Positions 21,777-32,576 of a DNA stretch of 64,000 nt are shown piece after piece. This stretch comes from Candidatus Bathyarchaeota archaeon (GTDB lineage: Archaea > Thermoproteota > Bathyarchaeia > Bathyarchaeales > Bathycorpusculaceae). Positions within the stretch are counted from its first letter, which is position 1. Every line of letters starts with the position of its first letter. Made by a program: the position numbers and the translations under genes. The DNA lies in contig CAWDYC010000004.1 in NCBI GenBank assembly GCA_963806535.1, forward strand, positions 160,001-224,000, given 5' to 3'. The notes below the pieces were generated by a model. It was not told the DNA's origin. It did no database searches and saw nothing but the letters and a program-made list of their open reading frames with translations.

Positions 21777-21884
21777 AAAATCAACTCACATTTTTCTTAA
21801 GGCAAGAGTTTCTTATCAACATATTGCAGTTGGCAAACTTTAAATTAGCGCTTGATAAACTAAATTTTAAGGAGAAATTAGTTT

Positions 21885-22265
21885 TTGCAGCAAACAAATA
21901 CACAACCTGCTTCTTTGTCTAAAAAAGCCTCCTTAGGGTTTGTTCTTTCATTGGTCGGAGGTATACTGATTTTGTTGCGTGGCATTGTAAGAATTGTAGC
22001 TGGGGATGTCATTACTTTTGTTGGTTCAGATGAAGTTAGACACAGATTTCTAGCTGGGCTTGCGCTCAATGTGATCGGCGGAGTAGCCGTTGTATTTGGA
22101 ATCGCAATTATTATCGGAGCTTACTTAATATACAGCAGAATGGAAGTTGCTGGAGGCATAATCGTTTTACTCTTTTCATTGGCAAGCATTTTTGTTGGCA
22201 GCGGCTGGCTAATAGGCTTAGTCTTGGGCGTAATAGGCGGCATCCTTGCATTAATAAAAAAATAA
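21885..22265 (+). CDS. Small multi-TM membrane protein
   Basis: Gly-rich hydrophobic helices. Confidence 0.65.
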   Translation: MQQTNTQPASLSKKASLGFVLSLVGGILILLRGIVRIVAGDVITFVGSDEVRHRFLAGLALNVIGGVAVVFGIAIIIGAYLIYSRMEVAGGIIVLLFSLASIFVGSGWLIGLVLGVIGGILALIKK

Positions 22266-22371
22266 TGCACTAAGATTAGGAAAGAATTTCAAAAATATCG
22301 TAAGTTTATTTTAAATATAGAAAGCTATTTCCATACTCCAGCAATAACTAATAATTCAGGCGCAACTTTGA

Positions 22372-23370
22372 ATGGAAAGAAAAGATTACCTCCACACACC
22401 AGTCAAACACATAAAAATCGACGGCACATTAACCGTTGACCAGTTAATGCAGCAGTTTAAGGGTTCAGGCGCTCTTGGCGCTGGACGCTTATCGGCAGCA
22501 TGTGATATTTACGAGAAAATGCTCAAAGACAAAGACTGCACAATCTTCCTAGCCCTTTCAGGCGCAGTTGTTCCTGCTGGCATGCGCACGTTAATCACTG
22601 ATTTGATAAGAAAAAGACTTGTAGACGTGATTGTCAGCACCGGTGCATGCATGGTTCACGACGCCATCGAAGCCATTGGCGGGCACCATTACATTGGCGG
22701 CTGGGCAGTAAATGACATTGAACTCTACAAATATCATCTTTTCCGAATATACGATATTTTTGTTCCAGAAGAAGACTATGTCAAATTAGATTTCAAGCTT
22801 TCAGAAATGTACGATGACATTGCTGTTGAGCACAAAGGAGAAAGTTTAGCTTCAAACGAGTTCAGCTGGGAAATAGGCAAGCGCTTATCGGACAAAAATT
22901 CTATTCTTCGAGCGGCTTATGAAGAGAATGTTCCAATTTTCCTTCCAGCTGTGAGAGATTCAGAATTCGGGTTTATCCATTGGCTTCATTCATCACAGCA
23001 AAACTCAAAACCAGTTCTTCTGCTTGACGCTTTCAAGGATGTGCCAACAGTCTGCAATATCTGTGCAAAGTCACCTAAGAACGGGATGATAGTAATAGGC
23101 GGGGGAGTTCCACGAAACACTATTCAGTCTTCAGCTTTGGCTTCTAAGAAAGGCTTAGATTACGCTGTAGTCATCACTCTGGATCGTCCTGAAACGGGCG
23201 GTTTATCGGGCTCAACCTTGGAAGAGACGGTAAGTTGGGGAAAAATGAAGGGTCAAGCCGACCACGTAATGGTTATTGGTGAAGCACTGATGGTTTTCCC
23301 ATTTATTGTTGCCTCAGTAACGGAACGGTTAGGCGAAAGTTTTATTCGAACTCCTTTTCTGCAAATTTGA
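22372..23370 (+). CDS. dys: Deoxyhypusine synthase
   Basis: STGAxxxHD, GGGVP, GGLSGS, ExxSWGK with catalytic Lys. Confidence 0.9.
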   Translation: MERKDYLHTPVKHIKIDGTLTVDQLMQQFKGSGALGAGRLSAACDIYEKMLKDKDCTIFLALSGAVVPAGMRTLITDLIRKRLVDVIVSTGACMVHDAIEAIGGHHYIGGWAVNDIELYKYHLFRIYDIFVPEEDYVKLDFKLSEMYDDIAVEHKGESLASNEFSWEIGKRLSDKNSILRAAYEENVPIFLPAVRDSEFGFIHWLHSSQQNSKPVLLLDAFKDVPTVCNICAKSPKNGMIVIGGGVPRNTIQSSALASKKGLDYAVVITLDRPETGGLSGSTLEETVSWGKMKGQADHVMVIGEALMVFPFIVASVTERLGESFIRTPFLQI

Positions 23371-23408
23371 TAAACCAAGCAAAGGAAGCTAAATCATGAC
23401 TGGCAACG

Positions 23409-23603
23409 ATGTGCGAAAAGTACTGCGGCAACTGTGACAGCCACAACTCATACGATTACCCAACAAAAGTTTTCTGCTCAACCCGCCACGCACAAAACAA
23501 AAACCCGATAGTTGACACACTTTGGCACTGCGAGGACTGGAATAAAGTTAGCCAAGAATGCTACTGTGCGCGAGAAGCGTTGAAGAAGAAAAACGGCGGC
23601 TAA
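23409..23603 (+). CDS. Small Cys/His-rich protein
   Basis: CEKYCGNCDSH...C...HC...CYC. Confidence 0.6.
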   Translation: MCEKYCGNCDSHNSYDYPTKVFCSTRHAQNKNPIVDTLWHCEDWNKVSQECYCAREALKKKNGG

Positions 23604-23656
23604 TTGAAGGCAAAGTTAAAGTTAATAATTGGAACGATGTTTTATTTGAAACCTGC

Positions 23657-23732
23657 AGCCCGGTGGTGTAGTGGTCAAGCATAGGGGCCTCTGGAGCCCT
23701 TGACGAGAGTTCGAATCTCTCCCGGGCTACCA
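23657..23732 (+). tRNA. tRNA-Gln(CTG)
   Basis: AGCCCGG/CCGGGCT acceptor stem, loop CTCTGGA, GTTCGAATC, encoded CCA. Confidence 0.95.
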
Positions 23733-24145
23733 TCTTCTAGAGTTAATTTTATACCAATCGAAATGGCGAACAGGGGGGTCAAGTAACAGGTTGACTATTA
23801 CTTGTATCTTGACGAGATTTTTAGTCAAATGTCTTTAGTCTCCAGAGAAGTAATACATAGCCCTTTTCTTTTGTGCTTACTCCCTTACCAAGCAAGGGGG
23901 AGAAATGGATGTTACGAATTTAGGCAGGTATCCTTCTTAAGAAATCTTCCAACCACCATAATTAGCATACCAACGAACACCATACCCAAAAAACATATTG
24001 CCGCAACTTTGGCATTAATATAATTCGCAATGGCTATACCACGCCTAAGCCGCTGAAAGGATAACAGCACCTATCATTACAGTTTATAAAATAACCGGAC
24101 CACGCCACCCGCCAATTTTTCGGGGACCTAGAGAAACTGAGTTCT

Positions 24146-24787
24146 CTATCGATGTGCGGAGGGGCTTGGGCTCGGATTAGAAGGAAGCTCCTGCGCACCT
24201 AGGGGTAATGTAGTTTGAGTTCCATCGTCATTAAATACTACGTGAAATGCATCGCCTTCCATTACATAGATGGCTTCTGTTCTATTGTCGTTTAGATAGT
24301 AAATAGACCGTTCAATTCCACTGCCGCCAACAAAGTCTGGTGCACCTGCAATTTTGTTGAATTCACTTTCCAAGTCGCTCACGTCTTTACTGTCGTATAA
24401 CTTTGCTGCCTGTTCAGCACTTAATCTGGGCGTATCTTTTGGTAGGTCTCCAATAGTGATAAGAACGGGTCGTCTCCATTCGCCGGGCAAACCAATACTC
24501 TTGTCAGCAATAATTTTGTCTAGTTCTTCTTTTTGCTCACTGGTTGCCTTTGCATATGCCGACTCATAGAATGAAGAGTTCGATTCTTTAATGATTGGAG
24601 GTGGGGATATGTATGACGCAAGACCTGAGTAAAATATTGAGAATGTAACTGAAAGAACAAGCGTGGCTATAACTGCCGCAGCAATTGGTAGAGAGTGACG
24701 TTTCAATCTTGCCGTTAAGGGCATTTGGGGTTGAGGGCAATAATCTATGAGATTTTTAATCCTTTTTCGTATGCTCATCTTCTTCAC
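24146..24787 (-). CDS. Single-TM protein with N-terminal YCPQP motif and extracytoplasmic domain
   Basis: IKNLIDYCPQP, then a TM helix, then a soluble domain. Confidence 0.7.
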   Translation of the reverse strand: MKKMSIRKRIKNLIDYCPQPQMPLTARLKRHSLPIAAAVIATLVLSVTFSIFYSGLASYISPPPIIKESNSSFYESAYAKATSEQKEELDKIIADKSIGLPGEWRRPVLITIGDLPKDTPRLSAEQAAKLYDSKDVSDLESEFNKIAGAPDFVGGSGIERSIYYLNDNRTEAIYVMEGDAFHVVFNDDGTQTTLPLGAQELPSNPSPSPSAHR

Positions 24788-25241
24788 CTGTTATTTTTGT
24801 GAATAATGCTTCGGCTAGCTTGGATGGCAAAATCTTGCTTGTATCATCTAAGAGCAGGAAGTTGCGGTCTTTGGCTTCTGCGAGCAGGGTGTCTCGGCAT
24901 GTTTGGAGTTTTTTGCATTTTTCGCAGTCGCCTTCATGTTTGTACCAGACTTGGATGCCGTTCTTGGCGGAGAAAGTGACAAAAGCTGGTGTTTTGAAGT
25001 GGTTGCTGTATCCTTTGAGGAATCCTCGTTCGGCGTTGACTGTTTCGGTGTCGATTTTGTTGATTTTGGCAACTTCTTGGAGGGCGTCTTCGATTTTTAG
25101 GTTGGCTATGTCGAGGGATTTGTGGACAGTTTGGCGGGTGACGTTTAATTTTCGTGCGATGTGGGTTTCTTGAAGTCCGCTGCTTTTAAGGCCCCAGATG
25201 ATTTTTTGCTTAGGTGTTAGGTATCCGAAGCTTAGCGTCAT
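24756..25241 (-). CDS. HTH regulator with C-terminal HxxxCxxCxxxxxC metal site
   Basis: IARKLNVTRQTVHK; HEGDCEKCKKLQTC. Confidence 0.75.
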   Translation of the reverse strand: MTLSFGYLTPKQKIIWGLKSSGLQETHIARKLNVTRQTVHKSLDIANLKIEDALQEVAKINKIDTETVNAERGFLKGYSNHFKTPAFVTFSAKNGIQVWYKHEGDCEKCKKLQTCRDTLLAEAKDRNFLLLDDTSKILPSKLAEALFTKITGEEDEHTKKD

Positions 25242-25488
25242 TTTGCAATCCTGTAAGCTACTAAGAGCTTACATTGTAAGCGTTATACATTTATCAATAT
25301 AAGGCTTTCTTTCGCATATTCCAATAGCTCTTTTAGATCACCAACTGAAACCATAATGCCAGGTTATTACTTTTTTCTACGGGCCATATTGTCATATTTT
25401 TGATATTATCTCCCGGGCTACCAAAGATTAAAACACACCTGAAAATTTTAGCTAACTCTTTTTAGGAACTTAACCACGTTAATTACCG

Positions 25489-26482
25489 ATGGTTATGGAT
25501 CAAAAAAGCTTCATAACGAATGTTGACACGGCCCTTTCAGACCTAATTTGGAAAAGCATAAAAAATGATTCCACACTCATTACCCTTGTGTCAAGCCAAG
25601 AGCAGATTTCGTTTTCTTCTCCAAAAACTGCAACCACTCGAGGAAACAAAAAACTGTCGATTTTTCTATACAACATAACAGAAGAAACGGCAACAAAAAA
25701 CTTGCCTCCTCCGGAAGCTGGATCTGTAAAATTGTCATCTCACATGTCTTTTGCCCTGCATTATCTCGTTACTCCATTTACCGGAAACGAAAAAGACGAC
25801 CATGCACTGCTTGAAAAAATAATTCAGATTGTTTTTAGCACAAACCATTAATTGGCATTGCAGATGCAGAGAATAATATCGAGCTAGCAGTGAAAATCGA
25901 TTCGTTTTCTCTGGATGAGCTAAGCAGACTGTGGATGGCGTTGGATGCCCCACTTAGGCTTTCTGTGAGCTTAACCGTTTCCTCTGCTGAGTCGCTGCAT
26001 AATCCCCAGATGCAGATAACAGACGCCACTGCAGCGCCTCAAACACCTGCACTTGACACAAATCATGTCACCCAACTTTACCAATGCCGTGCTCAAAACC
26101 TTCACTGAGCAATCCACTGGTTGGAGAAACCGCAACATGGTCGTCAAACAATGGGTGCTTCAAGACTTTCAGAAAAACAGTGGTATGACAGTGGACGAGA
26201 TGCAGAGTATGCTTAACAGTTTAGGGGATAAATTGGAACAATGGTGAGTCAGCAGCCGAGTTCATAAAGCCGCTAAACCAGTTGGCTGTATACTATCAGC
26301 ATCAACTTGACGAATTGAAAGGATTACATAAAATATCACATAAACAGACAGAGAACATCGAAACAATAACTGCTTGGATCAAAGACATCAAAGCTTTGGT
26401 TGAAGCGCTGGCAGATAGAATTGAAGAAATCCAAGACGAGAGTTGGAATCTCTCTCAAGCAGACTCTGTTCTAAATAACTAA
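25489..26482 (+). CDS. Pvc16/DUF4255-like protein with C-terminal helical extension, frameshifted
   Basis: LSIFLYNITE, LHYLVTP, LDELSRLWMALDAPLRLSV resemble the DUF4255 pattern. Confidence 0.65.
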
Positions 26483-26509
26483 ATGTGTTCTAAATATTGG
26501 GAAAATGGG

Positions 26510-27440
26510 TTACCGCATTCTCTTGTAGCAATAGGGGCAGACGCTGTAGTCTCCTTTGACAGTCCGTTTGCAGTGAGGACATACTTCTTCCTGAACTCGC
26601 TTGTTGAACATTGCTTGAAGGTGCGCTATATCGGTCTGCAGATGTAGGTCGTGCAGAATACCGATTATAGGCAGTGATTCTGGCTGTACCGCGAAGTGGA
26701 AGGAGAACTGTACCGGATGTCGGTGTACTGTAGCGAGAAGTTGGCTGACTATACGGTGACGACAAGGGAGGCGGATAGGCTGTTCAACTGGTGCATACGG
26801 TTCTGGTCGGTAAGGCAAGGGTTCTCTATCAAGGAGCCGATCACGCTTAGGAGAGCGGTTTCTAAAAAACATAAAAGTTATTGGAACAATAACTGCCAAC
26901 TGCGACAACGACAACTATTAAGCCGATTATTAATGGATCCAACCCGGAATTTTGAGGTTGAAGAGTTGGATAGACGAACGGAGTGAAAGTGGGAGTCAAA
27001 CCATTATTTGAGTTTGAAGGTGAGGTGGGAATTGGAGAAGTTGTGGAACTGCTTGGCGCTGGAGTAGTCAAAGAAGCGCCAACAGTAAATGGGACTGTTA
27101 CTGAATTACCGTCTGAATCCGTAACGACAACGTTATAAGTGCCGTCAGCAGTACCGGCGGGCACAGTAAATAGACCTGCCACCATTCCGCCGTACATCCC
27201 AGTAACTTGTGTTTGCTGTACGATTTTCCCGTTAAACGAAATAGTTACAGTCGCATATTGACCAAATCCTTACCCGTTAACAATAACTTGTTTGCCAACT
27301 GGACCCTGGGTAGGATATAAAGTAACGGTGGCTTGTGCAGACACTGTTTTTGAAGTTAGTGAAGTTAATATGCTGACAGCAAGCAAAACCAAAATTGCCG
27401 TCACTACTGCTTGCTTTAAACCAATTCGGCGCTTTGCCAT
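26510..27440 (-). CDS. Surface protein: signal peptide, Ig-like domain, S/T/P linker, TM, cytoplasmic zinc ribbon; frameshifted
   Basis: FTVPAGTADGTYNVVVTDS; CPHC...CPYC. Confidence 0.65.
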
Positions 27441-27499
27441 ACAATCTCCCCTCTCCTTTGTGTCAAGTATTCCATTTAACGTTTTTGCAAAAAAGCTCT

Positions 27500-27938
27500 A
27501 AAGCCATCGAATAAGCGCTAAAGCAAGTCTGTTTAATCGATTGGTTTTTTCCATCCACCATTGCTGAATCTTGCGATGCATCCGAAAGGAAGCGCTAATA
27601 AAAGATCAATGATTGCTATGAACAGGCAGGAATTGCAAGGCAAAAGTTGTTTGTAATACTAGATTGATAGTGGAGAATGCAAGCAGCAAGAAAACTCCGT
27701 TCAGCCAAAAGCCTACTTGCCAACCTTTGGTTTTATGTAATGTGTTAATTAAAGCAATGTTTAGGACACCGATCACAATTGGCTGCGCAAAATATGTGAT
27801 AGCCATTAAGAAGGCAAAGCCCAGCGGCGGCATATATGACATAAAAGCTTGTTCGGCGCTGTCAAACCAGGCCTTAAAAACAATTAATATGATCGCTAAT
27901 ATTACACCTTGAAAAAACAGTTTTTCAACTAAACGCAT
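27500..27938 (-). CDS. Membrane protein, frameshifted; 3' end approximate
   Basis: Hydrophobic ORF 27606..27995. Confidence 0.5.
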
Positions 27939-27966
27939 GTTTCGAAGATGGTTGAAAATTTTGTTG

Positions 27967-28897
27967 TCACTTAACGTTTTGTGCAATCCAGTCACCTACT
28001 GCTTTTTCTGTTGGTGTCCCTCGAATTCCATAATTGTCAAATTCACTGTTCCAATACACAAGCCAGCAACCCTTAAGTCCCATACTTTTGAAAAGGTTAA
28101 GCCCGTTAATGATATAGTTGGTTTGCGCTGTGCTGTCGCTGGTTGACATGCCAAACTCCGTTATTACTACATCTTTGTGAGTTATTGTTTGCAAGTTTTG
28201 AATTAAATGCGGGGATAAAACGAGGAATGAATCCATGTAAACGTCTAAACCCACAAAATTCAGTTTCTTGCTGAACTCTACTGGAAGGTTGCTTCTCAAA
28301 ATATAACCAATGCCGAAGTTAGTGTACAATTGCACTGAAAGATTGTGAGATTCAACAGTTGAGTAAATAGTGTTAAAATGAGAGATAATTTCGTCATCGG
28401 TAAACATGGCTCCGACATCCCAGCTGGAAGACGTTTCCGGTTCATTCATAATTTGAACGTACTTTAAGTTGGTTCCCCAACGATCAAGGTAATAGTTAAT
28501 TTTCTGAGCAGTCTCGTCATTTTGGATTACAAGCGCAACAGCTAAACCATATTGGTTGGCAGCGGAGAAGAACGTGTCTGTTTTCTGATTTTGCAAATCG
28601 TTTTCAACAAGCGGGTTGCATTCAAGGGTTATGCGGATAACTTTGAAGCCTAAATCGTGGATTTGGGTAACTTCTCCGTTGATCTGGCTGAGGTTGTCTT
28701 GTTCGTATACGTAGTGAATGCCGACTTGGAAATTTGAATTTGAGTTTTTGGTCGCTGATGTGATAAAAATTGTATGGATAGAAAATTTGAATGAAAATGA
28801 GCAACACACATAACGTAATAATGAGGAGGTTTTTTACCAAGCTCTTATTTGTAAACCCAACTAACCCTTTAAGTAGGCTTGAAACAAGCTTGCCCAT
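27967..28897 (-). CDS. Membrane-anchored GH-A clan glycoside hydrolase-like TIM barrel
   Basis: MNEPE acid/base and VITEFG nucleophile motifs. Confidence 0.7.
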
Positions 28898-29018
28898 AGC
28901 CCACTCTATACGGCAATCAGCCTTTTTATATTTAATCAACAAAAGGTGAATTTGCTTTGCTTTATTTGCAAAAGTGATTTATATTTTGAGAACTCATAGC
29001 CATAAAGCAAGTGTTGAC

Positions 29019-30590
29019 ATGAAACGCCTCGTTTGTATCATTCTGATCGCAACAATCTTGGTTGGCGGGTTATTTTTTGTTAAAACCACACATGCAACCA
29101 TTGTAAGCGGGACACTTAATGTTAACACACATTGGACTCAAAATGATAGCCCAATCAATTTCAACGGAACAGTAAATGTTGCCAATAATGTGACTTTAAC
29201 GATTGATCCCGGTGTAACTGTTAATTTAGGAATGTATGGTTTGTTCGTTTCTGGCACATTAAACGCTACAGGAGACCCAAGTAACGAAATCATGTTTACA
29301 GCCAGCTCGATCTACAACTTCACCACAAATATTAATGCGGCAATATTTTTCGATCCATCAAGCACCTCCTTGGAACGATGCCAGCAGTACGGGATCAATT
29401 ATTCAAAATGCAAACTTAAACCAAATATATCTTCAAATAAACGGTGCTTCACCGAAAATTGACAATTGCCAATTTAATTTTCAAACACCATATCAATCAA
29501 CTATCAGCATAAGTGGCGGTTCACCAATAATTTCAAACTGCATCATTGTTTACAATGTTCAGGGCGAACATCGGGGGTACTAACTGCTTAAACATCTATG
29601 GCGGGTCTCCACAAATAACGAATAATCGGTTTGAAGGAGCATACTCTAATTATTCCAGCAGCGAAATCAAAGTTGAACTCAGGAACGCCTACAATAACAA
29701 ACAACTTGTTTGAAGGAGACTACCGAGGCTCAAACAACAATGGAATAACTGTGAGTTCAGGAAATCCACGTTATAAGTAATAACCAGTTCGAAGGCAAAG
29801 GGTACCTAACAGCTATTGTTGATTGCATCCTCTGCCCAATTTACAATTTCTAACAATGTATTTTCAAACTGCAATTCGGGTATTACCGTTCAAGCTGCGC
29901 ATCCACATTAACGGTTATCGGCAACTCTTTCTTAGGACGGAAACGACGGATTAGACATCTTAGATAGTGCATCATTAACAGTTACTGGTAACTTAATCGA
30001 CGGCAATTCTCGCTTCGGAATCAACGGCGGCGGATACATAGATTCCAACACTATCACTAATAATCAAGTGGGAATACACAATCCGCCCTCAGGCACAATA
30101 AGCAATAACAATATTGTTGGAAATACCCTCAACAGCATTGATGCAACCACTGCAAACGTGAATGCACAGAACAATTGGTGGGGAACAACTGACACACCAA
30201 CAATCAACCAAACAATCTACGACTCAAAAGTTGACAGCACACTCGGAACCATCATATTTGTTCCATTCTTAACTCAACCGAGCCCAACAGCACCAGCCAT
30301 TCCAGCCACAACACCAGTTGTTACTCCTATTCCGACAATTTTAGCAGACACCACAACCAACTGAGCAACAGTTCCAATCGACACGCCAACGCCTACAATC
30401 ATATCAATATTCGCAGACATTCATTTACCAAGTAGGCAGCATATTTAACCTAAACATGATTGTGACTGCCACTCACTTATCTTGTTCTTGCATGGGTAAT
30501 AGTAATATTAGGATACGGTGCTAAAAAGAGGCATTTCAAAAATTAAATCACCACCAAAAACCAAAATGAAAAAAGTTAACTCTACGTTGA
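29019..30590 (+). CDS. Secreted right-handed beta-helix (NosD/pectin-lyase-like) protein with C-terminal anchor, multiply frameshifted
   Basis: TLTIDPGVTV, repeated SPxIxN/ITNN motifs, NNWWG, T/P-rich tail. Confidence 0.7.
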
Positions 30591-30702
30591 ACTATAGATG
30601 GACCAAAGTAATTTGTAAAAATAGCTTGCTCTTATAGGGCTCAACTTTTATATTACAAATTTATATTAGAAGCAACAATAACAAACTTGTGCGGTGATTT
30701 GA

Positions 30703-30819
30703 ATGGCAGATTTGAAAGATTGTCCATTTGGACAAGACATAAAAGATGATTGTAAAAACTGTGATTACTCAAAAAGTAACCATTATGACCCAGCTACAGG
30801 AAAATGTGTTAAAAGGTAG
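30703..30819 (+). CDS. 38-aa Cys-rich microprotein
   Basis: MADLKDCPFGQDIKDDCKNCDYSKSNHYDPATGKCVKR; GGTGA SD upstream. Confidence 0.6.
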   Translation: MADLKDCPFGQDIKDDCKNCDYSKSNHYDPATGKCVKR

Positions 30820-31011
30820 TTCAGTTCTACAATTCGTTAAATCAAGAATAAAACGCTAATCAAAAGCCTTTTCTTCAGTCAGACGAACGTGATGAAGCAA
30901 AATCAAATAATCCTAATAAGTAATTGATGGAAAAAAGCCAAGCGCTATCTTAATAAGCGACAGAATTTTGAGGTATAGATATTAACCATGCTTTACTCTA
31001 AGTGTTAAGTC

Positions 31012-31431
31012 TTGACTAAAATGAATATGGGACTGCAGGTTTTCGAGTTAAATAGCAAGGAAGATAACCCTTTTCAAAGGAACTTCCGTTTCGCTGTAGT
31101 TGACTTCAGCAAATCGGAAAGTTACCCTTCAAACTTTGTTTGCATGCTTCCTTTAAAATTAGGTGCTGGAAAAACAGATAGCGTTTTCTTGAAGCTTTTC
31201 GGAAATAAAAGTTTAGAGCAAGCAAAAGTCTTGTTGACTGCTGCTTTGAAAGCAGAAAATGATTCTGTAATTAAAGCTGAAATTGAAAGAAGACTAAAAC
31301 TGCTTGATCCGGTTCAGACATCACAAATCAAATGCAGTTCCTGCGGCAAGGTCTTTCACCCGCAAAGAATAAGGCGTTATAGAAAGAATTTTTGTCAAGC
31401 CTGCATGAAGAAAAGATACGGAAATCGTTAA
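31012..31431 (+). CDS. Hypothetical protein with C-terminal zinc ribbon
   Basis: CSSCG...CQAC. Confidence 0.65.
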   Translation: MTKMNMGLQVFELNSKEDNPFQRNFRFAVVDFSKSESYPSNFVCMLPLKLGAGKTDSVFLKLFGNKSLEQAKVLLTAALKAENDSVIKAEIERRLKLLDPVQTSQIKCSSCGKVFHPQRIRRYRKNFCQACMKKRYGNR

Positions 31432-31552
31432 GCTCCTAGAAATTTTCTGCTATCAGCGAATTGTAGTTATTCCTTTGCCTTTTTTGAATACTGATAGGGC
31501 AGCCAAAACTAATAGGCAAACTTATTTGGTTGATAGCTGTTTATCCAAAAGC

Positions 31553-32150
31553 ATGATTTTGGAAAGGTCGTTCTACCAACAAGAAGTAATGACGGTTGCA
31601 AAAGAGCTTCTTGGAAAAATTCTGATTCATGAATCCGCTGATGGCATCACAGCAGGCAGAATAGTTGAGACGGAAGCTTACATGGGACCTGAAGATCAAG
31701 CTGCTCACAGTTCCGGCGGTCGCCGAACAGCCAGAAACGAAGTTATGTATGGATCAAAAGGCCATGCATACGTTTATTTCATCTACGGTTTATATTGGTG
31801 CTTTAACTTAACTGCGGGTGCAGTTCCTGGAAAACCTGAAGCTGTTCTTCTCAGGGCGCTTGAACCAGTTACGGGCGAAGATATTATGGCAAAACGTCGA
31901 GGAATAACTGGGGGAAAGGCTACTAACTTGACAAATGGTCCCAGCAAACTATGCATGGCAATGGGCATATCCAAGACTTCAGAATAAAGCAGATCTAACA
32001 GTTCCACCTCTATACATAAATGACGCTCCACCTGTTCCCAGAGAAGAAATTGTGGAAACCACACGAGTTGGCGTAGACTATGCAGGCGAATGGAAAAATA
32101 AACCTTGGAGATTTTACATAAAAGGCAATCGATTTGTTTCAGTAAAGTAA
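31553..32150 (+). CDS. mpg: 3-methyladenine DNA glycosylase (Mpg/AAG), one indel
   Basis: IVETEAY, AYVYFIYG, AVLLRA, NGPSKL, RVGV, PWRF. Confidence 0.9.
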
Positions 32151-32154
32151 ACCT

Positions 32155-32508
32155 TCAAAATTGCTTTCCAAATCTTATTTTTTGATTTTTAGCTTTTTCA
32201 CTCTTTTTCCAAGGTCTTTTGACGCCGTCATTATCCCAGTACGCACAGCACATCCGAACTGTGACGTACATTTTTATATTATTATTGTAACAAAACTTTT
32301 TGTTTGTTGCATCAACTTTGGAGCCGCCTGGAAGAGTAATTAAATCAGCTTTTTTTGCTCGATCCATTTCTTCTTCGTTTTGTGGGTCAATGCCACCTTC
32401 ATCGTTAAGTATTTTTGGATTTACAGGTTCTTCGTTGTTCGCTACAAATTTGCAGTTATAACAATTGGTTCCGATAACCTTCTCTTTACCAGAGTTTTTT
32501 TTGCTCAT
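32155..32508 (-). CDS. Hypothetical protein with CxxC...C...CC
   Basis: NCYNCKF, FC, RMCCAYWD. Confidence 0.6.
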   Translation of the reverse strand: MSKKNSGKEKVIGTNCYNCKFVANNEEPVNPKILNDEGGIDPQNEEEMDRAKKADLITLPGGSKVDATNKKFCYNNNIKMYVTVRMCCAYWDNDGVKRPWKKSEKAKNQKIRFGKQF

Positions 32509-32576
32509 AAAAATCGTCACTACTTTATGAATGAATTTTCACGTATAAGTTTTTTGATGGAAATAGGTTGCCTGTT

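Larger units (their letters stand above)
23718..25423. mobile_element. Putative 1.7-kb tRNA-Gln-anchored mini-island
   Basis: 15-bp direct repeat TCTCCCGGGCTACCA at 23718-23732 and 25409-25423. Confidence 0.6.

Noticed and set aside
23548-23733. Minus-strand ORF over tRNA-Gln as an int(N) fragment
   Set aside because: It is the antisense of the tRNA and upstream gene, with no matching integrase half at the distal repeat
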